Positions 36,701 to 49,594 of a stretch of DNA of 64,000 nucleotides are shown here, piece after piece. Each line of letters starts with the position of its first letter. Position 1 is the stretch's first letter. Position numbers and translations under genes: made by a program. Source of the stretch: Camelus dromedarius (Eukaryota); assembly GCF_036321535.1 (NCBI RefSeq), contig NC_087436.1, positions 38,194,001 through 38,258,000 on the forward strand. The letters are read 5' to 3'. The notes under the pieces are model-generated. The model was given only the letters and a program-made list of their open reading frames with translations, made no database searches and was not told where the DNA came from.

Positions 36701-39003
36701 TATGGAAAAAAAGTTTATTATTCTATTTAATGGGGCACAATGATGAGTCACAAATTCATCAACATAGACAGAAAAACAAAGGTGGCCTCAGACTGCTGTG
36801 TTTTGAAGGGACCTAATATTATCACCTCAAACTGCCCTTTCAATCTCTGACTTTCCCCTAAAATCAGACCTCTGATAGCCATTCTCATGGATACGTAGAT
36901 CAAGTATTAAGCCTAAGGAAGAGTCTGGTGTATTCTGGGTTAAATCTCACATGTGGTGATGCAATTACACCACATTTATATGACAAAAAGTGTACATAAG
37001 TTAAGAAGTTTTAACCAGTAGACAGCCAGGCAGGTACAGCAGACTGTGAAGGAAGTAGATGATGGAGAGCACAAATAGTCAAATTGCTTTGCCTCTTCTT
37101 TGTTTTTTTTGTTTTGTTTCACACATAACTGACCATTCTATCTCAGGTGAAAACTATCTTGGGTAACAGCAACAAATATGAACATTATCTTCTTCTATTT
37201 TGGAGGCTACCCAATAGATGTAGCTTAAAAATATCTATAAAACTGTAATTTTATAGTTATTTTAACAATTTTTTGCTGAGGCTTACTGAGAGTGCTGACG
37301 ACAGATAATAATTAGATATATTTCCCCCTGAATGTCGTATCATTTCAGAAAAAAAGGAAATGAATTCAAAGATATCCCTATATCTAGGTATGCTGTATAT
37401 TCAGGGGAATGAATTATGTAACATATGAGTTTAGGAAACTGTAACAAGTGAGAAATATGACTCTGAGTGACACAATCATTCAAAATAGTATTAGAAAGAT
37501 TTGCTTAGCCAGTAGTCAATAGAAACTGATTTTCCAAAATCCATCCAACATACAAACTTATTTATTGCCCAACTGCTATAGCATTCTTGGGATATTGTTT
37601 CAAGCACTGGTGATCACACACTGAGGCAAATGATATGGTTGTGGGTTGAGAAATGTAATACACACACAAATACGTATTTCTCTCTCCCTGGTGAACAAAT
37701 AGGTTGGATATTAAATATATCATATTTCTTATTTATTTAGCATAATTATATATTCCCAGTACAACCTGACACCCCATCTCTCTTTTGTTTGAGAGTTTAT
37801 ATATTTCAGTTATTTAATGAAACATGAGAAAAGCAAGTGTGTCTCTGCCTTCACTATGAAAACTGGTGCAGGAAAATAAGTAACACAAGATAGCTTCCAT
37901 AGACACGCTTATCTCCTATCTGGAAAGTCCTGGAGTAGGATGGCTTCAAGCTTTGGTTAATCCAGTGGCTCAATGATAAAATATAGTGGTTTTCATTAAT
38001 ATCAGTGGAAGAATTTGAAATGAACAGTAAGCCATAGGTAAGGTTCAAAAGCCATTTTCCCATAATATCCATCTTTTTTTTACCTACTTAGGCTTGTGGC
38101 TTTCTGTTTGAACATAGCAATATTGATTTTTTGGGCCTTTAAATTAATCAACTTAAAACAAGTAGAAAACATTTGAAATAGCAACTCAACAAATACTAAA
38201 TGCCAATCATCTTTCTGGAATTTTAAAATTATTTAAATATCATAGACTTTACTGAAATTAGAAGCACTTGTAACATTTTTCCTCATTTATTTTTACTTTC
38301 TTTATTTTTGTTTTCTTTATTGTTTCCTTTCAAGTATTTTCTTTCTCAGTATATATGACTCCAAAATCAGGACATGGAGGACTCATGTGCTTACATGTGG
38401 CAAAGATGATTTCACCCCATATGCTCAATCTGCAGTGCTGCTGACAAATGTGGAGATGAACATAAACACCTTCGCCAGCACACATGCACTGAAATGATGT
38501 AAAGTCACATGCAGAAGTTAGTGTTAAAAAAGAATCTGGCAAAATGTACACTGGGGAGGGATAAACTCATTTATTAATAAAAATGAATTAATAAAAATAA
38601 ACTATGATATAATTCTGATTCAATTAATACTAACATTAGGTTGTTAATTTTTTACTGATCTCACTCCAGTCCTTATTTGAGCACCTAGCACATCATCACT
38701 GATTAGTGTCGTGACAACACAATTGTTACTTCCATGTAATATTTAAGGGCTCCCAAGAAATTTTTAAGGGTTTGCACATTGGCTGGGATAAACTTCAAAG
38801 TATTTAGCTCAATTAAAATCCCTGTATGCCTGGCACTAAGGAGATATTTAGTGAATATTTATTCCCATTCTTCCTCTTTTTTTCCACATATATAGTTCTC
38901 CTTCCCTTCCTTCATCCCTCTCTCTCTTCCTCTCCCTCTTTTTTCTCAATTCCTTCAATAGCCAATGCCTTACAGCAGTGCCTTACACTTAACTCCCTTC
39001 AGC

Positions 39004-39136
39004 AGCAGTTCTCAACCTTGGCTTCACACTAGAATCACTAGCAAAGCTTTTAAAACATTTCCCATCTAGAGATTTCAATTTCATTGGTGTGGAATGAGGG
39101 CCACTCATGGGTATTTCTTTAAAATTCCCAGGAGAT
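39004..39136. mobile_element. MER5A-like MITE
   Basis: 'cagcagttctcaaccttggcttcacactagaatcact...gctttaaaa...tttcattggtgtggaatgaggg...ttcccaggagat'. Confidence 0.75.
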
Positions 39137-39149
39137 CATAATGGTTTCA

Positions 39150-40030
39150 GACAGAAATAAATACTTGTGACACAGTGACAGGAGATGGAGAATAGAAAAA
39201 CTTGATAGGTGCGAGGGTGAACATATCTACCCCAATCTCAGTAAGTAAGGAGCAAGGATAGCTCTTCTCAGAAGAAACAGTATGAATTTTGAGAGGGACA
39301 GGAGGGGAAGACACACTGACAGCTGAATGAGGCCAGGGAGAAGGAGGAAAAGGAAGAGCTTTTATATAAAGTAGAAAGGATGTATGGAAACACACATAGT
39401 TCGGAATTACCCTAGCTAGGCAAACACATTGGAAAATAACGGGGAAAGAGGCTAAAAAATAAGCAGAATCTGAACTTGGTGTACCAACCTAAGTGGTTGG
39501 ACCTTATCCTAAGAGATTTAACAGGAGATTAATAAGATCAGATACACAGTTTGGAAATATCACCCCAAGAAAATTATGATGGGTGAATTGAAGGGCATCT
39601 ACAATGACATCAAGGAGTCAGGTCAGGATGTCCTTGCAAAAATCCAGGAGGAAAGTGAAGGAATAGGGATGAAGGGAAGGATGAGACAAATGGTTTAAAA
39701 AGGGAGAGAGATTGCGAGGAGTCAAATATATCTTCAAGGTCTATGGCTTGAGCAGTTGCTATGAGACTACAGCCATTCTTCAGGATAGACTATATGGCAT
39801 GAGAACAAACTTGGGAAGACGCTAATGTTTCCATTTGTATAAGTTGCATTTTAGATGCCTGAGGATAACCAAGGGGAAAGATGGGTTTAGCAAGCTGTGG
39901 ATTTGCAGATCTTGACCTTCAGAAAATTCTGAGCTAAAGACAAAACAGAGGAACCATTTAGGAGAGTAAGGAATCTCTGTTTGTGGAGGACATTCCTCAG
40001 GGAAGAGCATTTAGATTGAAATTTGAAAAG
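39150..40030 (-). mobile_element. L2 fragment
   Basis: 'ttggaccttatcctaag...agatcagatacacagtttggaaatatcacc...ggcttgagcagttg...ttgtataagttgcattttagatgcctgagg'. Confidence 0.7.
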
Positions 40031-40049
40031 AGAAGCAAAGTTAGAAACC

Positions 40050-40800
40050 AACAAACCACCAACCCTGAATTTCTTCTCATACCCTCAGCTGTGGGTTTCT
40101 CCATCTGTGTCACTGGAAAGTGGGTATCCAGCCAGAGATTACATTCCCCATGAGCTTACGAGTGGCCAAGTGACTGGTTTTCATCCGTGGAATATGAGCA
40201 GGAATTGTGTGCATCATGTCCAATCAGGGCATTCAAGAAAACTGTATGCTTTTTTTTCAATATTTCTTGAAGTATAGCTGATGTACAACGTTATATTTTC
40301 AGGTGTACAATATATTGATTCACAATTTTTGAAGGTTGTACTCCATTTATAGTTATTATAAAATATTGGCTATATTGCCTGTGTTGTATAATATTCCTGT
40401 AGTTCATTTTATACATAATAGTTTGTACCTCTTAATCCCTTACCCCTCTGTTCCCCCTCCTCCCTTCTCTCTTTCCACTGGTAACCACTAGTTTGTCCTC
40501 TATGTCTGAGTCTGTTACCTTTTTGTTACATTCACTAGTTTGTTGTATTTGTTAGATTCCACATATAAGTGATATCATATAGTATTTGTCTTTGTCTGTC
40601 TGATTTATTTCACTTAGCATAACTTTCCTTCCTCTATCTTATTTCAAATAATGACAGGATCCTAAAGGATGTCAGAGCCATAAAATGAAAGGTCCCTTGG
40701 TCTCTGGATAACCACAGAGTGGAAGACACCAGCCTTGCACTGTTACATGAGTAAGTGATAAATGTCTCTTGTGCAAAGCCATCAAAGTGACCACAACTAA
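40050..40800 (+). mobile_element. MLT1-type MaLR LTR split by a younger L1
   Basis: 5' part 'cagccagagattacattcccc...tggccaagtgactgg...ggaatatgagcaggaa'; 3' part 'ggatgtcagagccataaaatgaaag...ttacatgagtaagtgataaatgtctcttgtgcaaagcca'. Confidence 0.7.
40250..40622 (-). mobile_element. Cetartiodactyl-type L1 3' end, 5'-truncated
   Basis: T tail, then 'ttgaagtatagctgatgtacaac...caggtgtacaa...aaatattggctatatt...ctggtaaccactagtttg...ttagattccacatataagtgatatcata...ttatttcacttagcataa'. Confidence 0.9.
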
Positions 40801-42019
40801 AACAGTAATTCTTTGTACTATATTGATGATCACATCTGATCTCTCCTTTCCACCCTGTTTATACAAATCCTTTTCCTCCTTCAAAGTTCAGTTCAATTTC
40901 TTCCCTTGTATGAACTCTTTTAACCAAGGTAACCGTCAGTGATGATTTCCTCTTCTGAAATCTTAGCATGATTTTTGATCATTCATTTGACAAATAATCA
41001 CTTTTTTGACATGTATTATAATTTTAATTGTCTTTTCATGTATTTTTGGTTTATCTCTCTAGGATAGGCAATCTGGCTTGTATTTAATATATTTTTCATT
41101 TTTGAAAAAAGTAAAAGAAGTTTTTCTTTCTCCATCGAAAAAGAGACAATTTCTAAGCTAAACTCCAAAATAAAGAAGAAAATGGGGGACTTTAAAATTT
41201 TAATGCTGATTGAACAATTATGTAAAAGTTTTGTGTTTGGCAAGGGAAGTAAGCCTGTCTGTTTGTGCTTTGAATAATAAGAACTACATTCGAGGAAAAC
41301 AATAAACTATGGAAACAACTAGATTTCCATGTTCCTTAATCAGCCATCCTGAGCATTTACCTTTATTTTTGAAATAAGCATAGAACCCATTAGATACATT
41401 ATAAGCTGTGGCACTCAGTTTTTGATGCTGCAAACATTAACTGAAATCAGTAGTAAATAATTTACATTGTTTTGCATTATGTATCATTTTCTTAGCCTTA
41501 TACTTTCAAGGCCAATTATTTTCATTCTCTCATAAGACTATAAAGAAATTTGATATTATATGCAACATCAATTTCATCTTTCCAAAGCTATCAAAAATAT
41601 ACTTTGTGGTATAATGCAGAGAGTTAGATTACTCCGGTTCTGGGTTAATGGTTGGAATTAGGGGTGGAAGACAGAGTATTCTGTCCCCTTGGACAAAGGA
41701 GTGGAAGTTTCTATACCAGGTCTTACCACATTCTATAAGCTATCATCTCTGAAAGGCTATTGGCCTGTAGCCCAACAAGTATTTTATTTCCAAGTTTGCA
41801 GCTAAAATAAATGACTCTACATCTTTATTCCCCATCTATCAACTGCATGGCAGACTTGGGCGAATTTGTTACTCTACACTTTTGGAAAAAGAAAAGGTGA
41901 TAAATGGTTTAATTAGATTTCTTTTTTTAGAAGAAATCATTTCTGCAAATGTGAGGCTGTGGAAATCATGCCTAAGGGACAGAATTAGGAAAGGAAAATA
42001 TTTTTCTAGAAAAAGCATC

Positions 42020-42430
42020 AAAGTGTTATGACCACAGCCCAAGAATGATGAGACAGAAAGAGTATGGGTTGTTTATGACCACACCGCCACAAAGGCTCTT
42101 ATTCCATGACAACCACTTCAGTGAACAAGAATAAGGGGTCAGAAGATACTTTTAGAGTATTTCACTGCTTCTACTGCAATGTTAAATCTTTATTTGACTT
42201 TGTTATTTGTCACGCAGACGTCTGTATTTCAAAAGAAAAATGGCGTAACTTTCAAATGGCTCTTCCCGCACATATATCCTCCCTAGTGGGGCGCCAATGT
42301 GTTTGTAATCAGGGTGTTAGCATTGCTCACCCTCCTCATGCTGTTACCCCAGTGTGGGAAGGGAAAGCAGGACGTGAAGCAGAGTCAGCCGCAAGCATTT
42401 CCAGTTTTTCCATCCACAGCATCTGAAATC
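42020..42430. promoter_or_regulatory. CpG-retaining candidate enhancer
   Basis: About 8 CpGs in ~320 bp of non-repeat DNA; two RUNX-type tgaccaca sites. Confidence 0.35.
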
Positions 42431-43344
42431 TAGTGCTACCATGACTAGAAATAATGACAGGAGCTAAGTATTTTAAAACTGACCCCCTCCACTGCAAAAA
42501 AAACACTGACAGATGAATGCTTTTATTTAGAGCTCCTGAATCATTATAACTTAAAATGATCTGAACATGCAAATACCAACAAGCACCATCTAGATGATGC
42601 TGTTAATATTCTAATGTTCATGAATTCTGAACCATAATTGCCCCATTTGGTTTACTGGAAATTAGTTGTTTATCTTCTAAGTGCAATTGAGAATAGAGGT
42701 TTTATGACCCAAAGCATACAGATGTTTCTTTTAAGATGAGATTTATGCTCAGATTTGAATAAAATTCATAGGTTTATGGTAATACAAATTCTAATGTTAA
42801 TTTTTTTTTCTAATAGAAGTGAAGAAGCGTTGGAAATCACTTGTTAAAATGAATTTTAAAGAAACCTCACCCACAACCACATTGTAAGTGTCTGTTTCAT
42901 AATTCCAGACCATTGCATTCTAGCCACAGGGAAACATTCATACCCTTTACTCATCCAGTAGGAAAATGTATTCTTACCTTGTATCAGTATTTTTGAAACT
43001 TTCAAAATCTGTAGACCATGCAATTGGTGAGGATGTACCTGCAGACAAAAAGATTTTAATTTTCAAAAACCCCAACAGGTTTATCATAACTTTTAATGTA
43101 AAAATTAAATGGATTTCAAAAGTAAAATTAACAATGGCTTTCTTTAAATCATGAGGCTAACAATGTTAGGAATCCTCCACCAAGATACCTATTTCAGGCT
43201 CAGTAACAAGTACTTTACACCAAAATTTAAGTTCAATGTATTATGTAGGGAAGAACCAAGTGTTTTTTCAGGCTCTTTATTGCTACTAAAACTTCAAAGT
43301 GAAGATGATAGGGTAGGGACAGGGATAAGTATTGAGGGAGGGGG

Positions 43345-43570
43345 TGTTGAACATAATGACTAAGAGATTGGAGCCTGATTCTGTCACTTATGAGTTGGTG
43401 TCCTTGGGTCAGTTTCTTGACCTCTCTGCTTGTTTCTTCAGCTGTAGGATAAGGATAACGATAGTGCCTAAATCCTAGGGTTTTGGTGGAAGTTAAAGCA
43501 ATTAATACAGATAAGGGTATCAGAAGAGTGCCTGGCACTTAGCAAGTGTTCAGGAAATACTAGCTTTTGT
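43345..43570 (+). mobile_element. MIR SINE
   Basis: 'ttctgtcacttatgagttggtgtccttgggtcagtttcttgacctctctg...gagtgcctggcacttagcaagtgttcagg'. Confidence 0.8.
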
Positions 43571-44289
43571 TACCTGTTGATTTTGTTACAGCAGGATCAA
43601 AGGTGAGCTTGTACATGACAGGGAGGCCACACCAGTGGTTTGTAACCCACGTCCATTCTACTTGCTCAGGCCTGGGGCCACGTGGCTATTGAATATTTTT
43701 CAGTACCACCCTTGGCAAATTTCTGTATATTCACATAAGGCATAGATAGAAGAATTATGGAAAGATTCCTCACTGAGCACTGCTCGTTAGTACTCCAGAA
43801 ACACTAGATAGATAAGCACGTAAAAGCTGGGTGTTGGTCAGTTTTAAAACAGAGAAACAAGTAAATCAATTCCTGATCAACTTATTTAATAAATTCTTTA
43901 CAAAGAGCTCTTCCTGCTCATTTGATGAGTTTGAGTGTAGTTCAAAAATATATACACAATTTTTTCTCTAAAAAGCGAATAAAATCATTTATTCAGAAAA
44001 AATTTTACTCCAACCAGTTACTTCAGAGTTTGTTTTTAAAGAATTATATTACTCTGAACATTAAAAATCAAGTTATTTTATTCCTGAGTGTTGGGTTCAA
44101 GTTATTTATGACATTATAAGTTTATTTAGCTATATCACTTGAGTAAGCCATTTGTATTAAAGAAAATAACTTTCCTGAAATTGTAAGACATAAAGGAAAT
44201 TTAAAAATTCACTTATTGGTTGGAAAACACATGTGTGTAATGGAAGGATACTTCTGTTAGGGGATCTATCAAGATAATTTAGTAAATCA

Positions 44290-44445
44290 GTAACTTATCA
44301 ACATAGGTATTATTATTATTATCCCCATTTTGCAAATGAAGGAACAGCTATGGAGAAGAAAAGTGACTTGCTCACAACTAGTAGCAGAGCCACTATTAAC
44401 ACACAAGCCAGTTTGACTCCAGTGAGTGCTTTTAAATACCACAAT
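44290..44445 (-). mobile_element. MIR SINE
   Basis: 'taggtattattattattatccccattttgcaaatgaaggaac...agtgacttgctc...gtttgactcca'. Confidence 0.8.
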
Positions 44446-44749
44446 AAACAATCTCTTAAAACAGAAAAGAAATTATCGTCCTCAATGTCCATTCTCAATG
44501 AAAGCTCTTAACAAAATATGAATGGATGGATACATTTACATCATTCTATGCCTACATGTGTGAGTGTATGAAGCATGGTACATAAAGGAGAAATACGATA
44601 CAACCACTAAAGTCAGAAGAAGACAATTTAACATTTGTTCTGCATGAAACTGGAACACAGTTACATTAATCATCATCTGCAGATGATTTCTTTGTTTACT
44701 TAGAAAGAAAACAGGTCAACTAAAAGACTATTTTAAAGGACTATTCAGA

Positions 44750-45050
44750 CTGGTAGGCAGGATTCTGAGATGGTCCCCAGCATTCCCACCCTCCGGTACA
44801 CACACTCTGTATAATCCTCTCCCCTTGAGTGTGAGGAAATGTATGAATAAAATGGGAAAACACTCATGAGTTAGATTACTAACCAGGTGACTTTCGGTTC
44901 ATGAAAAGAAAGATTATCCTGGGTAGGCCAAACCTCACCAGAAGTACTTTAAGAGAAGGAGACATACTGGAGAGAACCACCCTTGTTGGCCTGGAAGAAG
45001 GCCGACAGCCATGCTGTGAACTGCTTACCAGGGCCAGGTGATAAGGACTG
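44750..45050 (+). mobile_element. MLT1E-like MaLR LTR, 5' half
   Basis: 'tggtaggcaggattctgagatggtcccc...gtataatcctctccccttgagtgtg...agattatcctgggtaggcc...cagccatgctgtgaactgc'. Confidence 0.8.
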
Positions 45051-46834
45051 TACTTGTGTGTTGTTATCCTTTCCCCTGCCTTCCACACACTGCCCTCTGT
45101 GGGGAGGCTATGAAAGGGTCCCATGGCAGAGAGAGATCGGTCTCATTCGTGCAAAGAATGACCACCCCTCATCTGGGACAGCTTGATATAAATGGAGGAG
45201 ACTACACATTACCCTGCTGATTGGAGGCAACAGAGAACATGGTTGAAATGGCCCATGGGTGTTGCAGGGCAAGAGGTAGAAAGCCCTGAGATGAGAAAGG
45301 TCTAGCCACCCAAAGAACCTGCAGAGGTGATTCAGTGATGGAGACACACAGGGGAAAGAACACAGGCTGCCAGGCCCACCTCACAGCAGGTGCTGTAAAT
45401 CAGAAGTGGTCAAAACACAGTTGGACGAGAGCCAGTGCAAGGGCTGCTGCGCTCTGCTGAAGTGCATCTTGATCAACTACTGTTATTCCAGAGGCTGAAC
45501 TTAACCTTTTCTGATTAGATCAGTATGTCAGCACCTTCCCGGTGGCCCATTCTCACAGAATCCCGTGGCAGAGATACCAATGCAGGCCAGCAAAATTCTC
45601 CTAGAATGGGACTGACTGTGAAAGATCATGCTCAATTCTTTGCTCCCAAATTGAAGAACCTTGAAGAAATAATGAACTCAATAGTGATTTCATCTTCTGC
45701 TAATTTTAGGGAATTCAACTATACTGCAATACAATACTGAACTTTGAACAGCTTAATACGGTCATTTCTTGAATGCATGAACTGTTATAGTAATAGTTTT
45801 TTTTTTAGATTAACATAATAAGAGCACAATGACAGAAAACATTTAAAATGGGATGAGATTAATCAAAACCATGTTTCCAATGGCTTGGCATAACTGTCAT
45901 GCTCTTTGGGATGGCCAGAAAATTACTAACAAGAAGCAAAGATAAGATTTTGGCTGTGGCCAATCATCAAGTTCTTGACCTTTTGAAATCTGAAATCCTG
46001 CCTAAAGAATTTTAAAGTGGTCTTCTTTAGGTAACTGCCTATGGTTTCCAAGGAAATATAAGAATAATTTTAATAATTAGGCAGGAAAATGCATACTACA
46101 TATACACATTGAGCTCCTCTGATTGGCTCTAACAGGGCTGGAGTGGAGATTGCAAATCCAGCCTCTCAATTTAGAGTAAATTAACAAAAAGATTCACTTT
46201 TCAGTCAAGCAAATCATTATATGAAACTAAGTGGTAACAGATGCTATTAGCTGCAAAAAAAAAAAAAGTATAACCAGATTTGATGAGAATTTAACCATGC
46301 AAATTACAGTCCAATTAGAATCAGACCCCAATAAGTTCGTGTGGAAAACATTTTTGTGCATTTAATGCACCTCCACCCAGCACCTTCTTCTGCCTCCGTG
46401 TGCAGATACCCAAACCTTGGAGTCCCCAGGATGAATACTGGGAACTGAGGATATTCAGAGTGATTACTGGGAACATGGTTAACAAATTTCTTTCATCTTA
46501 ACCAGAGATGTTATGAAACTTACTCTACTTCAAAAAGGTGTTTAGTAAAAGATTGTTCATTTATTGGATTCATGGAAAAGTTCAACAGTTTCCAGATATA
46601 TCAGAGACGTTTAAATGTCATTATCCAAATTACATAACATATACTTGAATAAGATCAAGTCTTCTTAACTAAGGATTTTATTCCATCAATAAAATTAGGG
46701 GAAATAGAAAACCAGTGCTTTAGGCCAGGGAGGATCAAACGTGTAGTATCATGTCCTACTTTAAGTAAGCAATAAATAAATAAAATCCATTCTCTCAGCT
46801 CCGAATGCCATCTTAAAGGTATGTCTAGAATACC

Positions 46835-47030
46835 CAGGTAATGCCACTTTATACTCCCACCGATTATGCATGAGAGTCCTAATTGTTGCACATTCTTGTT
46901 AACATTTGATGTTGTCAGTTTCAAAATATTTAGCCTTTCTAGAAGGTGTGGAGTGGTATTTTATTGAGCTTTTAATTTGCAATTCCTTGATGTGTAATGA
47001 TAATGGGTATTCTTTTCATGTGTTATCTTC
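46835..47030 (-). mobile_element. L1 ORF2 3' fragment
   Basis: 'tttatactcccaccgattatgcatgagagtcctaattgttgcacattcttgttaacatttg...tttaatttgcaattcc'. Confidence 0.8.
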
Positions 47031-48254
47031 TTGGTAATTTTTCAGTTACGTGTTTACCCTTTCCTATACCACATGATGAGCTGCTGGAGGGTAGAAACTT
47101 AATCACTGTTGATTTATTTTGAAAAAAAGTTTATCTTCATATATCTTCTATCCTATTCTCCTCATATATCACATCTTTCTTAACTATTCTTCTCTTCATA
47201 TGCCCCAGATTTCCTTCTTCGGGATTCTTTAGTGGAAGGTAAGAGAACTGTCTAGCTTAGGTGCTAAATTACCATCTGCAGCCCACAATCTTCTTTCATT
47301 TACTTCTATTTCCAGATTTCACTCAACAAATAAAACTGGTAATGGTTAATTACCAGTTGGAGCAATAGGATGCATTTGTCAGCCTTACGATGTTTATTTT
47401 ATTTATTTAAATAATGTAAAAAATACTTAATTTCATGATTGATATTTATAAATTGTCAAAAAAATACTTTAAAACTCAGGGAATTCTTTATGCTGTTCCT
47501 CTACTTCTGTTTTTCCATTTTCCACTGTTGTAGATATTAATATTGCAATTTATTTCAATACATTTAGGACAAAAATTTCAGGTTTAATACATCTGTAATG
47601 TAACTACCTCTTTAAAAGCCTCAATATCTTTGTAACAGGTAAGACAGAAATGATGCAATCTCATTTGCTAAAGAGTAAATTATTTTAAAATGTTGCTTCT
47701 GCATTGGGACATTCAAATAAAAAAGTTTTGTAAATAGTCTATATAAAATGATTGGTATTTCTACTCTAAAATGTTACTGGTCGCCTTTATATTAGGCCTT
47801 TGGATATACTAAATGAATAACTGGGCTTTTAAAGAGGTGGCATTTGTCCTAAGTGCAGTGAGGATTAATTAGAGTTGTGAAAAGCACTGACCTCCGAAAG
47901 CAAACGCAGAAGTGCTGAACAGTGCTGGTCAGTCACCCAGACCAGTGGAAGCAGAAACAGTCACAGCCCAGATGTCCTTTGGCCATCTTTGCTGCTAATG
48001 CCACCTCACATTTCATCTGCCACCCTTCAACTCCTTTTTGGTTCCTTAAAAATTCTGCATTATTGAAATGCTTTCAAATACCAACCACAGCCTAGAATGT
48101 TAATACAGTCTTACTCTTAAGTCATTCACTTATTAATTTTTCCTACTACAATGTTGAAAAAAAAAAAACACAGTAGTTTATTTTTCAGTGAGGGGGTAAA
48201 AACAAGCAAACTAAAAGGAGAGGCAGTGCCTGTGGCTCAGAATCACCGTGTTAG

Positions 48255-48440
48255 GATTTTACTTTTTACCATGTTAATCCTCACAGAAATGCAGAGGTCA
48301 TGATTATCCCAGTTGTTGCTAAGAATTCACTGAAATTCAGATTAAGGCACTTGCTCAAGACCTGAGACCTAAGTAAGTGTTGGAGGAAGTCTTCAAATTA
48401 ACGTCTGCCATCCCAGACCTCAGGGCTTTCCACTGTCTAC
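48255..48440 (-). mobile_element. MIR SINE
   Basis: 'ttaatcctcacaga...attatccc...attaaggcacttgctcaaga...gctttccactg'. Confidence 0.65.
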
Positions 48441-49182
48441 TGTTATCCGCCAAAGAGCAATCCATTTTTCCTTAGTTACCTCAACAGGTTAATTTAGTGA
48501 TATTGAATTCTTTCCTCCCCATAATCCTACCAAAGGGAAGTTCACTTCCGAAACAGTTTACATCTATTTTTTATGCTATAACACATGCCAAGGCTGTAGG
48601 TTTACCAAGGAATTTATTCCATCATAACTAAAAAAGCTGTCCCTCCTGTAAGTTGTATTTAGTTAGTCATGATCACAAGTGGACGAGCTAAATGAAAACT
48701 TGACAGTGCTCTCTGATCCTAGCAAAATTTCATTTTTTTTGTTTGCTCTTCTTCCCTGTCCCAGACAGTAAGTTTCTCAAATAAGTAGAAGTCTTAAAAA
48801 ACTTCCCTTACATATTTCCTTTCTCCCACCCTGCAAGCAATGGTAGTACTCAGAACTAGTGGTGTTTTGAAAGTATATCCTCATCTCAATAGACTGCTTT
48901 CAAATATTTATTTTTTGTAACATGTAATATGAATATCAATCATTAACAATTTGAAAGAATTTCTGGTATTAAAATACACACGAGATGATTAAAATACAAG
49001 AACAAAATGATCAATATTATAAAGTATGGATTCTTCATGGAATCACAGACACAGGTCACATGTTGTAAAGCAACCTTAGATATTGTTTAGTTCAACTCCT
49101 TCATTTCATCAAGGAAGCAATAAAATGGCCAAGCCAATTGTAACTAGTTTAGAAAAAACATTACGACTTTTTTTATAAACTC

Positions 49183-49594
49183 TGTTATGGACTGAATACC
49201 TATGCTTCCCCCAAATCTATGTTGAAGCCTTAACCCACTAACCCTCAAGGTGACTATATTTGGAGATAGGGCCTTTATGGAAATAATTAAGGTTAAACGA
49301 AGTCATAAGGGTGGGAGCCCTGATTTGATAGAATTAGTGTCCTTTGAAGAACAGACAGCAGAAAGCTTGCTCTCTCTCCATCTCTGGGTGCATGCACTGA
49401 GGGAAGGTCATGTGCGGTCACAGAGAAAGCAGCTGATCCTGCTACCCAAAGGGAGAGGTCTCACCAGACAGCAGACGTCCTGCTGGCACCTGGATCTCTA
49501 ACTTACAGTCTCCAGAACGGTGAGAAAATAAATTTCTGTTTTTGAGCCACTCAGTCTATGGTATTTTGTTATGGCACCTGAACAGTCTAATAGA
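49183..49594 (+). mobile_element. MLT1A-like MaLR solo LTR, full length, with 5-bp TSD AACTC
   Basis: Starts 'tgttatggactgaat', has 'gagaaaataaatttctg', ends 'gtctaataga'; AACTC at 49178-49182 and 49595-49599. Confidence 0.9.

Noticed and set aside
38552..38572. ggggagggataaactca resembling the start of a camelid tRNA-derived SINE
   Set aside because: No B box or SINE body follows.
42278..42297. CTCF-like site ccctagtggggcgcc
   Set aside because: Spacing between AG and GGC is one base off the CTCF core, so it is not supportable without a PWM scan.
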